From a phage, in the sequence record PZ295659.1: a stretch of 64,000 nucleotides of DNA; one strand, written 5' to 3'. Each line of letters starts with the position of its first letter. Position 1 is the first letter of the stretch. The position numbers were made by a program, and so were the translations under genes. Shown here piece after piece: positions 32,821-42,917 of the stretch. Below the pieces are notes generated by a model. It did not search any database. It was given only the letters and a program-made list of their open reading frames with translations, and had not been told where the DNA came from.

Positions 32821-34592
32821 AACCTGAAGAAATGAAATCCATGCGTAGAAATAAGGTCATTGCCGATAATAAACCACAAAAAGTAGCTGCAACAGCAGCT
32901 ACTGATTCATTAGAAGCATTGAATGACATTTCATCAAAACTAGACGATGTCCAAGCCGCGTCTGAACTCACATCACAAAGTGTAGAAGATAAAGGCAATG
33001 GAATTATTGAATCAATTGGAGACTTAAAGAATTCGACAGATAATACTGCTGAAGGCACAGAGCTTATCGCAGAAGTTATTGAAAAACAAACTGAAGTCAC
33101 TAAAAGTATAAACGAAGTTTCTAGTGCAATAAGCTCTAAGTTAGACCGATTAGCTACATTATTAGAGCAAAAATTACAAACATCTACCGCTATTCAAAAT
33201 ACAGGAGGCACCTCTCTTGAAGTAATTGAGAACGCAATACCTGTTAAAGTGGTTGATAACGAAACTTATGATGAGTTGTTTAAAGCATTACCTACACCTG
33301 AAAAGATTGATAATAAGCCAGACGAAGATTTCTTCCCAGCCCCGGTTCAAGAAAGTGCTAATTCTACTTCTTCTGATTCTAAAGGCGGAATTAGCTTTAA
33401 ATTGAGCGATAAAATTGCAATGCTCACCAAAACAGTTCAAGCCGGGTTTAATAAATCAATATCAATTTCAGACAGAATTGCTGGAATGCTTTTCAAATAC
33501 ACTATAACGGCTGCTATTGAAGCAGCAAAAATGGCCGCACTTATTCTTGGTATTGTTATCGGTATTGATTTATTGATAGTCCATTTCAAATATTGGACAG
33601 ACAAGTTCACTTCTGCCTGGGATTTATTTGATGAAAACTTTACTAAATTCTCCGATGAAGCTAAAGAGTGGGGTAAATTCTTAAGTGATATATTCACTTC
33701 TATTGACTCGATAAAACAATTGTGGGAAGCCGGAGACTGGGGTGGTTTAACCGTTGCTATTGTCAAAGGTGTAGGAACAGCATTAATGAACTTAGGTGAA
33801 CTAATTCAATTAGGAATGGCTAAACTCTCCGCGTCTATATTGCGTGCTATAGGTTTTGGTGATACCGCAGACGAAATAGAAGGACGTGCTTTGGAAGGAT
33901 TCCAAGAAACTACCGGGAACAAATTAAAGAAAGAAGACCAAGAGAAAGTCGCTAAATATCAAATGAAGCGTGACGACGGGGAATTAGGAACCGTTTCTAA
34001 AGGTCTTGATATGTTACAACGCGGCAAAACATTCGTTACTAACTGGGTTCGTGGTAATGACAATAAAGAAGAGTTTAGTACAAGCGATGAGCGTGCTGCG
34101 GAATCGGCAAAATTAAAAGAGTTACCTGAAGAGGAGCGTAAAGAGGCGTATATAAAAGCTAATGAAACTCGTGCGGCACTAGTTAGATTTGAGGATTATA
34201 TCGATAAAATCGATATGTCTAATCCGGAAAATGCTAAAAACGTCGAGAAGTCTTATGCTGATTTAAGTAAACTTATTAAAGACCCTGAACTTAATAAAAC
34301 TCCTGTTGTTAAAAAGGAATTGGATGCTAGATTTGAAAAGCTAAATAATAAAATGGCTGAAGCCAAAAAGGCTCAGACGACAGTTAAGCCTGAATCTTCG
34401 ACTAAATCTCCGGAAGCAAAACAAGTTCAGTCAATAGAGAAAGGACGTGCTTCTGAATCTAAACAACAGCAACCGGTAGCGGCGATTAGTAACACAAATA
34501 ATGTCGTCAAAAAGAATACCGTAGTCCAGAATATGACCCCTGTAACAAGTACAACGGCTCCTGGAATTTTCCATGCCACCGGTGTTAATTAA
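32817..34592 (+). CDS. 29: tail length tape measure / baseplate hub protein gp29
   Basis: 591 aa (T4 gp29 590 aa); internal hydrophobic segment; synteny. Confidence 0.85.
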   Translation: MKPEEMKSMRRNKVIADNKPQKVAATAATDSLEALNDISSKLDDVQAASELTSQSVEDKGNGIIESIGDLKNSTDNTAEGTELIAEVIEKQTEVTKSINEVSSAISSKLDRLATLLEQKLQTSTAIQNTGGTSLEVIENAIPVKVVDNETYDELFKALPTPEKIDNKPDEDFFPAPVQESANSTSSDSKGGISFKLSDKIAMLTKTVQAGFNKSISISDRIAGMLFKYTITAAIEAAKMAALILGIVIGIDLLIVHFKYWTDKFTSAWDLFDENFTKFSDEAKEWGKFLSDIFTSIDSIKQLWEAGDWGGLTVAIVKGVGTALMNLGELIQLGMAKLSASILRAIGFGDTADEIEGRALEGFQETTGNKLKKEDQEKVAKYQMKRDDGELGTVSKGLDMLQRGKTFVTNWVRGNDNKEEFSTSDERAAESAKLKELPEEERKEAYIKANETRAALVRFEDYIDKIDMSNPENAKNVEKSYADLSKLIKDPELNKTPVVKKELDARFEKLNNKMAEAKKAQTTVKPESSTKSPEAKQVQSIEKGRASESKQQQPVAAISNTNNVVKKNTVVQNMTPVTSTTAPGIFHATGVN

Positions 34593-34600
34593 GGATTATT

Positions 34601-35710
34601 ATGATTAGTGTAAAAGAAATAGTAGTAGATGCAAAGGATTTAAATAAAGCAATCCCAGTCTCAGAAAGTGCTGGGCAAAGCACTAAAACCGAAACAACTA
34701 CTAAAACTTATGTTGCTCAATTTCCTACAGGAAGAGCAGCCGGAAATGACTCCACAGGAGACTTCCAGGTAACAGACCTTTATAAGAATGGATTATTATT
34801 TACCGCGTACAATATGTCTGCACGCGATTCAGGATCCCTCAGGAATTTACGTCCGGCATACGCCGGCACTTCATCTAACGGTATCATATCAGATTTAACT
34901 GATAATGTGAAAGATGCAGTGACTAAATTCTCTAATGGGTTGCTTCCTGCCGGAGCTAATAAACCTACTATAAATAAAACTCCTGTTGCTAATATACTTT
35001 TGCCACGTTCCAAATCTGACGTTGATACAACTTCACATCGTTTTAATGATATTGGTGATAGCCTTATTACTAAAGGTGGAGGTACTGCTACGGGCGTTTT
35101 AAGTAACATTGCTTCTACTGCAGTTTTTGGTGCATTAGATTCTATTACTCAAGGGCTTATGGCTGATAATAACGAACAGATTTATACGACTTCTCGTAGT
35201 ATGTATGGCGGTGCTGAGAACCGTACTAAAGTCTTTACATGGGATTTAACTCCGCGTTCAACTGAAGACCTTATGGCTATTATAAACATTTACCAGTATT
35301 TTAACTATTTCTCATATGGTGAGACCGGTAAATCACAATACGCCCAAGAGATTAAAAGTTATTTAGACGAATGGTACCGTTCAACGTTTATTGAGCCTAT
35401 GACGCCTGATGATGCAGTAAAAAATAAGACATTGTTTGAAAAGATTACTGCGTCATTAACAAATGTATTAGTTGTAAGCAACCCTACAATTTGGATGGTT
35501 AAAAACTTTGGTTATACGTCTAAATTTGATGGATTAACTGACGTATTTGGCCCATGTCAAATTCAAAGCGTACGTTTTGATAAAACTCCAAATGGACAAT
35601 TTAATGGTCTTTCTGTTGCTCCTAACTTACCGTCAACATTTACGTTAGAGATAACAATGCGAGAAATTATTACATTAAACCGTTCTTCACTTTATGCGGG
35701 GACTTTCTAA
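34601..35710 (+). CDS. 48: baseplate tail tube cap gp48
   Basis: 369 aa (T4 gp48 364 aa); synteny. Confidence 0.85.
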   Translation: MISVKEIVVDAKDLNKAIPVSESAGQSTKTETTTKTYVAQFPTGRAAGNDSTGDFQVTDLYKNGLLFTAYNMSARDSGSLRNLRPAYAGTSSNGIISDLTDNVKDAVTKFSNGLLPAGANKPTINKTPVANILLPRSKSDVDTTSHRFNDIGDSLITKGGGTATGVLSNIASTAVFGALDSITQGLMADNNEQIYTTSRSMYGGAENRTKVFTWDLTPRSTEDLMAIINIYQYFNYFSYGETGKSQYAQEIKSYLDEWYRSTFIEPMTPDDAVKNKTLFEKITASLTNVLVVSNPTIWMVKNFGYTSKFDGLTDVFGPCQIQSVRFDKTPNGQFNGLSVAPNLPSTFTLEITMREIITLNRSSLYAGTF

Positions 35711-36672
35711 TGTACTCTTTAGAAGAATTTAATAACCAAGCTATAAATGCAGATTTCCAACGAAACAATATGTTTAGTTGTGTATTTGCTACTACACCAT
35801 CGACCAAATCGTCTTCACTAATTTCGTCAATTGGTAGTTTTGCTTATAATAACTTAGGGTTGGATTCCGATTGGCTAGGATTGACTCAAGGTGATATCAA
35901 TCAGGGCGTAACAACCCTGATTACAGCAGGAACACAGAAATTAATTCGAAAATCAGGTGTAAGTAAATATCTGATTGGAGCAATGAGTCAACGTACGGTA
36001 CAAAGCTTGTTAGGCGAGTTCACAGTAGGATCTTATCTGATAGACTTCTTCAATATGGCATATAATAATACAGGTTTAATGATTTATTCTGTAAAAATGC
36101 CTGAGAACCGATTATCTTATGAAACAGATTTCAACTATAACTCCCCGAACATCCGAATTACCGGCCGTGAAATGGACCCGTTAGTAATAAGCTTTAGAAT
36201 GGATTCCGAAGCATCTAACTTTAGAGCAATGCAAGACTGGGTAAACTCGGTCCAAGACCCTGTAACAGGTCTTCGTGCTTTACCACAAGACGTCGAAGCA
36301 GATATTCAGGTTAATTTACATGCACGAAATGGTTTACCACATACCGCTGTCATGTTCACTGGATGTATTCCTGTTAGTGTCTCTTCTCCTGAGTTAACGT
36401 ATGATGGTGATAATCAGATAACAGTTTTTGATGTAACATTTGCTTATCGCGTTATGCAATCAGGTGCTGTAAATAGACAGGCCGCTTTAGAATGGCTGGA
36501 ATCAGGACTTATTAGTAGTGTTTCAGGAATGTTTGGAAATAATCAGAATGATTCTGGCCTAGGAAGTGCAGTATCAAGACTTTCTAGATTAGGTGGGACT
36601 GCTGGAGGTGTGTCTAATATAAACACATTGACAGGTGTGGTGAATTCTACGTCAAGAGTTTTAGGACTATAA
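35710..36672 (+). CDS. 54: baseplate tail tube initiator gp54
   Basis: 320 aa, same as T4 gp54; ATGA overlap with gp48. Confidence 0.85.
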   Translation: MYSLEEFNNQAINADFQRNNMFSCVFATTPSTKSSSLISSIGSFAYNNLGLDSDWLGLTQGDINQGVTTLITAGTQKLIRKSGVSKYLIGAMSQRTVQSLLGEFTVGSYLIDFFNMAYNNTGLMIYSVKMPENRLSYETDFNYNSPNIRITGREMDPLVISFRMDSEASNFRAMQDWVNSVQDPVTGLRALPQDVEADIQVNLHARNGLPHTAVMFTGCIPVSVSSPELTYDGDNQITVFDVTFAYRVMQSGAVNRQAALEWLESGLISSVSGMFGNNQNDSGLGSAVSRLSRLGGTAGGVSNINTLTGVVNSTSRVLGL

Positions 36673-36680
36673 GAAAAAAA

Positions 36681-36699
36681 AGGGAGACGTTGTCTCCCT
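36681..36699. terminator. bidirectional hairpin terminator between gene 54 and the alt region
   Basis: AGGGAGAC-GUUG-GUCUCCCU stem-loop preceded by an A-run and followed by UUUAGGGG. Confidence 0.55.
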
Positions 36700-36707
36700 T
36701 TAGGGGT

Positions 36708-37001
36708 TTATTTACGGAATGAAAGGAATGCTGGTGCTCGGAATGGAGTATCATCTTTAGAGTATTTAACTAATACGACCATTGGCACCTCTGTTTCTAA
36801 ATGACCTGTCACTACACCGACAAAAATTTGATCAGTGTGCTCAGGGTCACGAAAGTTTTTAAGAGGTTCCATAGCAATATGGAATGCACCTGGGAATACT
36901 CGATTCAATTCGTCAATCACAGCTTCGTTAAAAGCATCATCCGCTGGGATAACATCTTCAACTACTAGTTCTTGACCATTAAAGCGAAGCATAGATTTCA
37001 T
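36708..37001 (-). CDS. hypothetical protein (97 aa, alt.-1-like)
   Basis: Start moved to an internal ATG preceded by a GAGGAAAA RBS so it no longer overlaps alt; own early promoter upstream. Confidence 0.4.
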   Translation of the reverse strand: MKSMLRFNGQELVVEDVIPADDAFNEAVIDELNRVFPGAFHIAMEPLKNFRDPEHTDQIFVGVVTGHLETEVPMVVLVKYSKDDTPFRAPAFLSFRK

Positions 37002-37030
37002 AACGTTTTCCTCATGTTGTTGATGGGATG

Positions 37031-37060
37031 ATAGTATCACACATCCATGTGTTTGTAAAC
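37031..37060 (-). promoter_or_regulatory. early promoter (GTTTAC-N18-TACTAT)
   Basis: Minus strand reads GTTTACAAACACATGGATGTGTGATACTAT, between the alt stop and the downstream ORF. Confidence 0.5.
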
Positions 37061-39147
37061 TATCCTTGGACAAATTTAAACGGAACTGATTCTAAATCCA
37101 TTAAAGATGCTAACAATTTCAATCCTTTAGGAGCACTAGTTTTTTCTACAAATGAGGAGAACGATATCGGCTCATCTGATTCGATTTCACCCGTCATAGC
37201 AACCACCTCACCTGTTTCCATGAGAACATCACCGTCGTAAATGACAGCTTCGTCCAACTGGTCTGAGGACATGACTTCAGCTTGAATAAATTTAAGGTTG
37301 GATTCTAAACCTGCACCAGTGTCAGATGACGCATCTGTAATTTTATTTATCTGCAAGAGAATGCCTCTAGGCAAAATAATTTCTTGCTCATTAGGGTGAT
37401 TACTCAACTGTCCAGGATAAATCACGTTAACTTTATGGGCGCCATCAATAGCCCATCCAACGTTAACACGGATTTGGTCTGGTGCATGCATAGCTGTTCT
37501 TACTTGACTAGGAGAAATAGTAACACCTTCGTCATTATTGTCAATGTTAAGCTCTTTGCGAACTTCTTCAGGAGCAAGTCCAAGGGCAACGTTCTCTTTA
37601 AACCCACCGAAAATAATAGGAGCTAGTGAAGTGGAAACATAGTTTCTGAAGTAGAATACCTTATTTTTAACCATTGCTTCGTAAATAGGCATTCTGATAG
37701 ACTGAGCTCTATATAACGTTAGTCCTTCAGGTAAACGGTCTCCATTTAAAAACGCTGAATCAAGACCATCAATAGCGCGTTTAACTTCATCTTCATCTGC
37801 AACATCGTAAAAATCTGGTTTATAACGACCTAACAGCATATTATTGATATCGGTATACGCAGAAGAGGCATATTCACGAATAGCTCGTTTTTCAGCAACA
37901 GAGTATTGATTAGGGACCCGATTCATTGTTATATTAAAGGTGCCTCTAGCCGATTCTCGTGCATAAGTATACATCACATTAGACAAGAACGCTGATTTAC
38001 GTTGTTTCCAAGTTTTTTCAGATACTTCAGCTAAAACGTCGTCAGCCAGTTGGAAATTATCACGTCTAAAATCTTCAAACCATTCGTCTTTAATAGAGTC
38101 GGCAATTTCATTTGCAGCTTCAACAAAAGCAGTTAATGCTTTAACAGATGTTGTTTTTTCAGTTTTAATTTTCTTAGCAAACTTTTCTAAAGTTGGCTTA
38201 ATAACACTACCATAAGAAACTTCATCAGCAAATCTAAAGGATTCATCAATACGATTATAAATCTTATTTTCGATATCAGCAACTAAAGTGCCTTTTGCTG
38301 TGGACGATGCTTGGGCTAGTACGATTTCATATGCTTCAGGAAGTAATTCGGCTGTAGCTGGGCCACTAACTTCTTTAGCAGAATTTTCGTATTTCTGGAA
38401 TAACTCACCTTCTTGTCGGTCAGCTTCTAAAGATTGACTTGCTGCAATAGCACGACGAGAAATTTTAGTACGAGCAATAACAGGCTTATCTTTACGTTTT
38501 TCTTCTACAGCAGCAATAGAACCAGCGATAGCCGTTTCTTTGGTGACCTTTTCGCCAGTCTTTTTACTCACATAAACTTCGCCAACATCAGAATCTACTT
38601 TCGTGTACAACTCTGTGTTAATGTTAGGGATGCCTTTAATATCTTCAATGTTGGCATTTTTACGAACCATCATCACATAGGTGTGTTTACCTGTGAATTG
38701 ATACATTGCCGACAATACTTTAAAACGACCACCGGTTTTAGTAGAAACTAAACGAGCAAGAAGAGTTTGAAGCTGCTGTCCGCGTCCTTTCAATTTCTTG
38801 GTAGGGAATCGGAATAGAACTGCATCCATACGAAGAGCTTTAACCTGTTCATATACTGTATTGAAAATGGTGTTGATTGCATCAATAGGAGCAGGACCAA
38901 GGCCATTTTTCAATTCAGCGAGATTGCCCTTTTCAGATAGACTCATAATAACAACATGAGCGTATTTGTCGCCAAGTTTAACTTGTTTTACAGCATCACC
39001 TTCGGAAAGGTAAGAGAATAAGCGAACTACGATGTTTGTATCGATATCACCAATTTTCCAGACTTGTGGAACTTTAGCTTTAGGGTTCAAATTGACGACA
39101 GGAAGACTGCCTTCAGATTCAAACACTTCATTTAATTGTTCAGACAT
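37060..39147 (-). CDS. alt: Alt ADP-ribosyltransferase (capsid-packaged, modifies host RNA polymerase)
   Basis: 695 aa (T4 Alt 682 aa); arginine-specific ART triad in order: Arg in TLYRAQS, S-T-S in NYVSTSLAP, E-x-E in NEQEIILPRG. Confidence 0.85.
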   Translation of the reverse strand: MSEQLNEVFESEGSLPVVNLNPKAKVPQVWKIGDIDTNIVVRLFSYLSEGDAVKQVKLGDKYAHVVIMSLSEKGNLAELKNGLGPAPIDAINTIFNTVYEQVKALRMDAVLFRFPTKKLKGRGQQLQTLLARLVSTKTGGRFKVLSAMYQFTGKHTYVMMVRKNANIEDIKGIPNINTELYTKVDSDVGEVYVSKKTGEKVTKETAIAGSIAAVEEKRKDKPVIARTKISRRAIAASQSLEADRQEGELFQKYENSAKEVSGPATAELLPEAYEIVLAQASSTAKGTLVADIENKIYNRIDESFRFADEVSYGSVIKPTLEKFAKKIKTEKTTSVKALTAFVEAANEIADSIKDEWFEDFRRDNFQLADDVLAEVSEKTWKQRKSAFLSNVMYTYARESARGTFNITMNRVPNQYSVAEKRAIREYASSAYTDINNMLLGRYKPDFYDVADEDEVKRAIDGLDSAFLNGDRLPEGLTLYRAQSIRMPIYEAMVKNKVFYFRNYVSTSLAPIIFGGFKENVALGLAPEEVRKELNIDNNDEGVTISPSQVRTAMHAPDQIRVNVGWAIDGAHKVNVIYPGQLSNHPNEQEIILPRGILLQINKITDASSDTGAGLESNLKFIQAEVMSSDQLDEAVIYDGDVLMETGEVVAMTGEIESDEPISFSSFVEKTSAPKGLKLLASLMDLESVPFKFVQG

Positions 39148-39182
39148 AGTGTTTTCCTTTTAGTAATAATTTATATTTATGC

Positions 39183-39200
39183 CAAAAAGAGCCCGAAGGC
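39183..39200 (-). terminator. AAGAGCC-UUCG-GGCUCUU hairpin upstream of alt
   Basis: Perfect 7-bp stem with UUCG loop on the minus strand between the small ORF and alt. Confidence 0.5.
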
Positions 39201-39202
39201 TC

Positions 39203-39391
39203 TTAATCCACAATCGGGAGCAAAGTACGATAAACTTCAAAATTAGGGCCTTTTTCGTACCCATTAACGTTATCTACGAAAACCCGATACGAATTTTCAT
39301 TAGGAAAATCTAATATAATCTGAGAGCAAGAGGTGGAAACATCTCCACCATCCTTCTTAGCTACAATAACTGTTTCTAAATAAGCTTTCAT
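39203..39391 (-). CDS. hypothetical small protein (62 aa)
   Basis: ATG overlapping the gp30 stop codon (TAATG coupling); start moved from the track's upstream in-frame codon. Confidence 0.4.
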   Translation of the reverse strand: MKAYLETVIVAKKDGGDVSTSCSQIILDFPNENSYRVFVDNVNGYEKGPNFEVYRTLLPIVD

Positions 39392-40884
39392 TATAAACCT
39401 GTCTGGGACCACGGTCCAAATACGTCTTCAAATGAATCCGCTTCTGTTTTATCAAAACGGAACCCTTTAATAATTGGAAGGAAAATACCTACAGTGCCTT
39501 CACGGCCTTTAGAATGAACCCAACCATTACATTCACAATCAGCGATACGTCCGATTAATTTACCTTCACGAGCTTCGGTCATTAATCGTTCACGGTCTAA
39601 ATCATGACGCTCGTCTAAAGGAATAAGAACCTTTACACCGTCAACTGTTTTATGAGTTGTATCTTTAAACCCTGAACCACAATCGGTTGTAATACGACGA
39701 CAACGTGATACGAGTTCGACACCACCTAATTTGTTAGGGTCTTTAGAATGTTCATAGTATCCTACAACTTCTAAAGCGATATCAATAACTTCTTTAAATT
39801 TAATTAGGTTCTTAGAGCGTTTGTTTTCCCAATATGAATCACGGTTTTTAAGGATAATACCTTCAAGACCTTGGTCAACATATTTTTTATAAACCACTTT
39901 AGCTTCGTCAAGATTACGAACTAACTGATTTTCAATTGGCTCAATTCGCTTAAAGCCTTCAGCCATATTTTCAAGAGCAGCAAAACGAACATCGTATTTC
40001 TGACCTTTAATTTTGCCATCAGAATAGACTTCATCTAAAGGAATATAGTCCCAGGCTTGAAGAACCATACCTTCCGCTTCTTTAGGAGAAATAGTCCCTT
40101 GAAGAGATTTATTTGCTAAACCATTTGAAGTGCTACGGTCTGCAACCTGTACTTCTTCGGATTCTTCATTATCACCAAATAAGAACGACAGGTCATTTCC
40201 TGAGCTCACAGCCTTTTTAATATCGAATGAATGATAAACTAATTCACCGTCGATTAAAACCCCATTAGGGTGTCTTTCACGAGCTTCTTTAGTCATTTCC
40301 ATTAGTTCATCAGCTAATAGAGTAAGACCGTGGTATTCGTTACCAGCACGAGAAAAGAATTGAACACCATCATCGCGAACTTCAGCGAAACAACGAGCAC
40401 CATCTGCTTTTAATTGGGCAAATGCGGGCCATTTAATATTTTTAGTAATCAATTTCTCATCATATGCAGATGCTAACATCTGTGGTTGCAATTGAATAAG
40501 TCCAGGCCACACCTTATTCGCGATAGACACTGAAGCACCTACTTCAAGGTCGCGCATCATTACACGACGAAGGACTTCTACATCATCAGGTTTACCGTCA
40601 GCGATATAACCCATGAGCTCTTTAATTGCAGCATTACCAGTGAGTTTACGAGTGGCTAATGTGAACTCAATAAAATCCAACATGTCATCTAATTCAAGAA
40701 GTCCATATGCTTGAGACCTTTCACCCGGTCCAGGCCATTTCTTAATATAATACTGGATACCACGTGCATATGTTAAACGATACACACGTTCAAGTAATTT
40801 GTTGTCCTTATTTTTCTTAAGGATTTCTTGTTTTGTTTTAGTAGAACCGATCGCAGCTATTTGGTTTAAAATATCTAAAATCAT
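39391..40884 (-). CDS. 30: ATP-dependent DNA ligase gp30
   Basis: 497 aa (T4 ligase 487 aa); adenylation motif I KADGARC. Confidence 0.9.
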   Translation of the reverse strand: MILDILNQIAAIGSTKTKQEILKKNKDNKLLERVYRLTYARGIQYYIKKWPGPGERSQAYGLLELDDMLDFIEFTLATRKLTGNAAIKELMGYIADGKPDDVEVLRRVMMRDLEVGASVSIANKVWPGLIQLQPQMLASAYDEKLITKNIKWPAFAQLKADGARCFAEVRDDGVQFFSRAGNEYHGLTLLADELMEMTKEARERHPNGVLIDGELVYHSFDIKKAVSSGNDLSFLFGDNEESEEVQVADRSTSNGLANKSLQGTISPKEAEGMVLQAWDYIPLDEVYSDGKIKGQKYDVRFAALENMAEGFKRIEPIENQLVRNLDEAKVVYKKYVDQGLEGIILKNRDSYWENKRSKNLIKFKEVIDIALEVVGYYEHSKDPNKLGGVELVSRCRRITTDCGSGFKDTTHKTVDGVKVLIPLDERHDLDRERLMTEAREGKLIGRIADCECNGWVHSKGREGTVGIFLPIIKGFRFDKTEADSFEDVFGPWSQTGL

Positions 40885-41150
40885 TTGATGTCCTCGATTT
40901 TGGTTACGGTTCTATTATAAGCCACTTCATCTAGAAGCGATTTCAGCGTTTTCTGATAAGTGGTAACCCATTTACCAAGTCCTTCAACATAATATTCTGA
41001 AATGTAGATGAACCCTTGTTCAACACACTCTTTAAATATTTCTGCGTCTTTTACTGAACGAAACATTGGCCAGTCTCGAAAGAACATGTTAACGTGACCG
41101 TAGTCACGCGTTGTGTTTTTGCCATCTGTAATATCATGAACTACAAACAT
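40881..41150 (-). CDS. hypothetical protein (30.1-like)
   Basis: 89-aa ORF translationally coupled upstream of the ligase gene; synteny with the T4 30.x cluster. Confidence 0.5.
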   Translation of the reverse strand: MFVVHDITDGKNTTRDYGHVNMFFRDWPMFRSVKDAEIFKECVEQGFIYISEYYVEGLGKWVTTYQKTLKSLLDEVAYNRTVTKIEDIK

Positions 41151-41159
41151 AATTAACCC

Positions 41160-41975
41160 TTAACAATTTGTAGACCAAGTCCATTTGGACGAATCTAAAG
41201 GAAAGTTTTGAATCGTCCACCACGGCTGCATATCGGTTGGTCCTGGGGTTCGCCAGGTACATGGATTCGACGGACCGCCAATTTGATTAGGCCATGCGCC
41301 TGGACTTGTTGTACCAGATTCTTTAAGCAAATCAGCCAATCGTTTTAAAAGGTCTTCACGATCTGAATCTGAATTATGCTCGGGTGGAACCAAACGAGAT
41401 TCAATATCATCCCACGTGTGTACACGTTGTGCAGTACGAGGAATGGCATCACGTTCACCACGAGCCAACCAATAAATCGGTACATTAAGAATTTCTGCTG
41501 CATGGTCACAGTGATGAGCTAAATCGTCAACGTAACAAATCACGTTATATTTTGTTTTAGCTAGTTCGAATAATTGTTCCTTTGAAGAATCATGACCACA
41601 CATCATTACTTCAGAGAAAGCGCCTGGGAACAAAGCATTCAAATTAAATTGTCTATTCAATCGAGCATCAATTGAATCACCTAGCGCCGTCACGGCTACA
41701 AAATTATAGTCTTCTTTTATTTTATTGATAACTCGAAGAGCATCCGAATAAGGCGCTAAGTAACGAATAAAATCAGAGCTATTATATTTTTCTATTAATT
41801 GTTTACCGAGGTTATCGTCGGTATTGAATAGTTTACCAGGAGAAATAAATTTTTCGTCCTGAATCATTTTTAAAATATGTTCTAACGGAAGATTATATTT
41901 TTGGGCAAAATAAGGAAGTCCAGATTGCCAACTTAAACATACACCATCAATATCGGTCAAAATAGTAGGCTTCAT
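41160..41975 (-). CDS. HAD-like phosphatase-fold protein with W/P-rich C-terminal tail (30.2-like)
   Basis: N-terminal DxDG motif (LTDIDGV) and downstream YVDD resemble the HAD superfamily; 271 aa. Confidence 0.5.
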   Translation of the reverse strand: MKPTILTDIDGVCLSWQSGLPYFAQKYNLPLEHILKMIQDEKFISPGKLFNTDDNLGKQLIEKYNSSDFIRYLAPYSDALRVINKIKEDYNFVAVTALGDSIDARLNRQFNLNALFPGAFSEVMMCGHDSSKEQLFELAKTKYNVICYVDDLAHHCDHAAEILNVPIYWLARGERDAIPRTAQRVHTWDDIESRLVPPEHNSDSDREDLLKRLADLLKESGTTSPGAWPNQIGGPSNPCTWRTPGPTDMQPWWTIQNFPLDSSKWTWSTNC

Positions 41976-42424
41976 AAAGAGTCTCTTAATAGGTTTAACA
42001 CATCAATAAATTCAGCTTCGGTTAGTATTGTATCATCTTTTGTTAGGTGGCTGGCCATGCTGTGCTTCAAAACTTTTCCTTTCGAGGCTTGTAATGCATC
42101 ACGAAAGCCCCTGTTTTGGATCGCTGCTTCAAAATATGCATTTGTGTATAATTCTTTCCACGCCGGAGAGTATCTTGAAAACGGAACTCCAAGCCAGAAG
42201 AGGGTCCCACGGTCCTGAGCTCTAGCATAAGCTCGTCCAGCTTGTTGGGCGGCAAGCCCGGATAACCCAAATATACGTTTTTGTTGTTCAACATTTTTCA
42301 CCTTACATCCTTGGAGAAATCCTTCAAGTCCTCCGAATTGAATACCATCCATAACAAAAGGCCATTGAGCAAAGTTACTTAATGCACATGACGGCCATGG
42401 AAAATTGCTTCTGATTTCAATCAT
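41972..42424 (-). CDS. NADAR / YbiA-like (DUF1768) domain protein (30.3-like)
   Basis: LSNFAQWPFVMDG...EGFLQGCK matches the YbiA/NADAR signature FSNFAAWP..VDG...EHYFQA.K as recalled. Confidence 0.55.
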   Translation of the reverse strand: MIEIRSNFPWPSCALSNFAQWPFVMDGIQFGGLEGFLQGCKVKNVEQQKRIFGLSGLAAQQAGRAYARAQDRGTLFWLGVPFSRYSPAWKELYTNAYFEAAIQNRGFRDALQASKGKVLKHSMASHLTKDDTILTEAEFIDVLNLLRDSL

Positions 42425-42615
42425 AGTCTTTTAAGGCTTTTGATAATTTCTAATTCAGAACTCATGCGAACGTCTTCAGTTCCATCGACCCATAGGACGG
42501 TGTAGGCTTCTTTAATTTGAGTATTACCTAATTTAAAAGCAGGTAGAACCTTGGAAATCATTCCAGGAATACCTATACCTTTTAACTGGACTGTTTGTGA
42601 TAAGAATAGTTGCAT
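42421..42615 (-). CDS. hypothetical protein (64 aa)
   Basis: ORF in the coupled 30.x operon (ATGA overlaps on both sides). Confidence 0.4.
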   Translation of the reverse strand: MQLFLSQTVQLKGIGIPGMISKVLPAFKLGNTQIKEAYTVLWVDGTEDVRMSSELEIIKSLKRL

Positions 42616-42902
42616 TAGAACCTCATCTGAAAGCCGTGCGATTTAACATTACCACCATAGATGTCAGAGGTATTGACTTCACGGGCGACACTTGGGTCGA
42701 TATTGATGTCACAGTTGAGCTTAGTGATTGCCAGGGTATCACGTTCATTAACAGTACGGAATTCTACCGGGCATACAACATCAGCATAAGCCTTAATAGA
42801 TTCACGAGTAGGTTGTTTGTCGGCAGGAACATCTTTACCAGCTTTAGAGAAAACAACTTCACAGAAATTTTTACGAGTATCAAAATAAGTGGTCATAAAC
42901 AT
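42615..42902 (-). CDS. hypothetical protein (95 aa)
   Basis: ORF downstream of a UUCG terminator hairpin and an upstream gene; no motif recognised. Confidence 0.45.
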   Translation of the reverse strand: MFMTTYFDTRKNFCEVVFSKAGKDVPADKQPTRESIKAYADVVCPVEFRTVNERDTLAITKLNCDINIDPSVAREVNTSDIYGGNVKSHGFQMRF

Positions 42903-42917
42903 AATATTTTCCTAAAA

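Noticed and set aside
39165-39182. Late promoter for alt
   Set aside because: Only an imperfect TATAAATT-like match on the minus strand; left uncalled.
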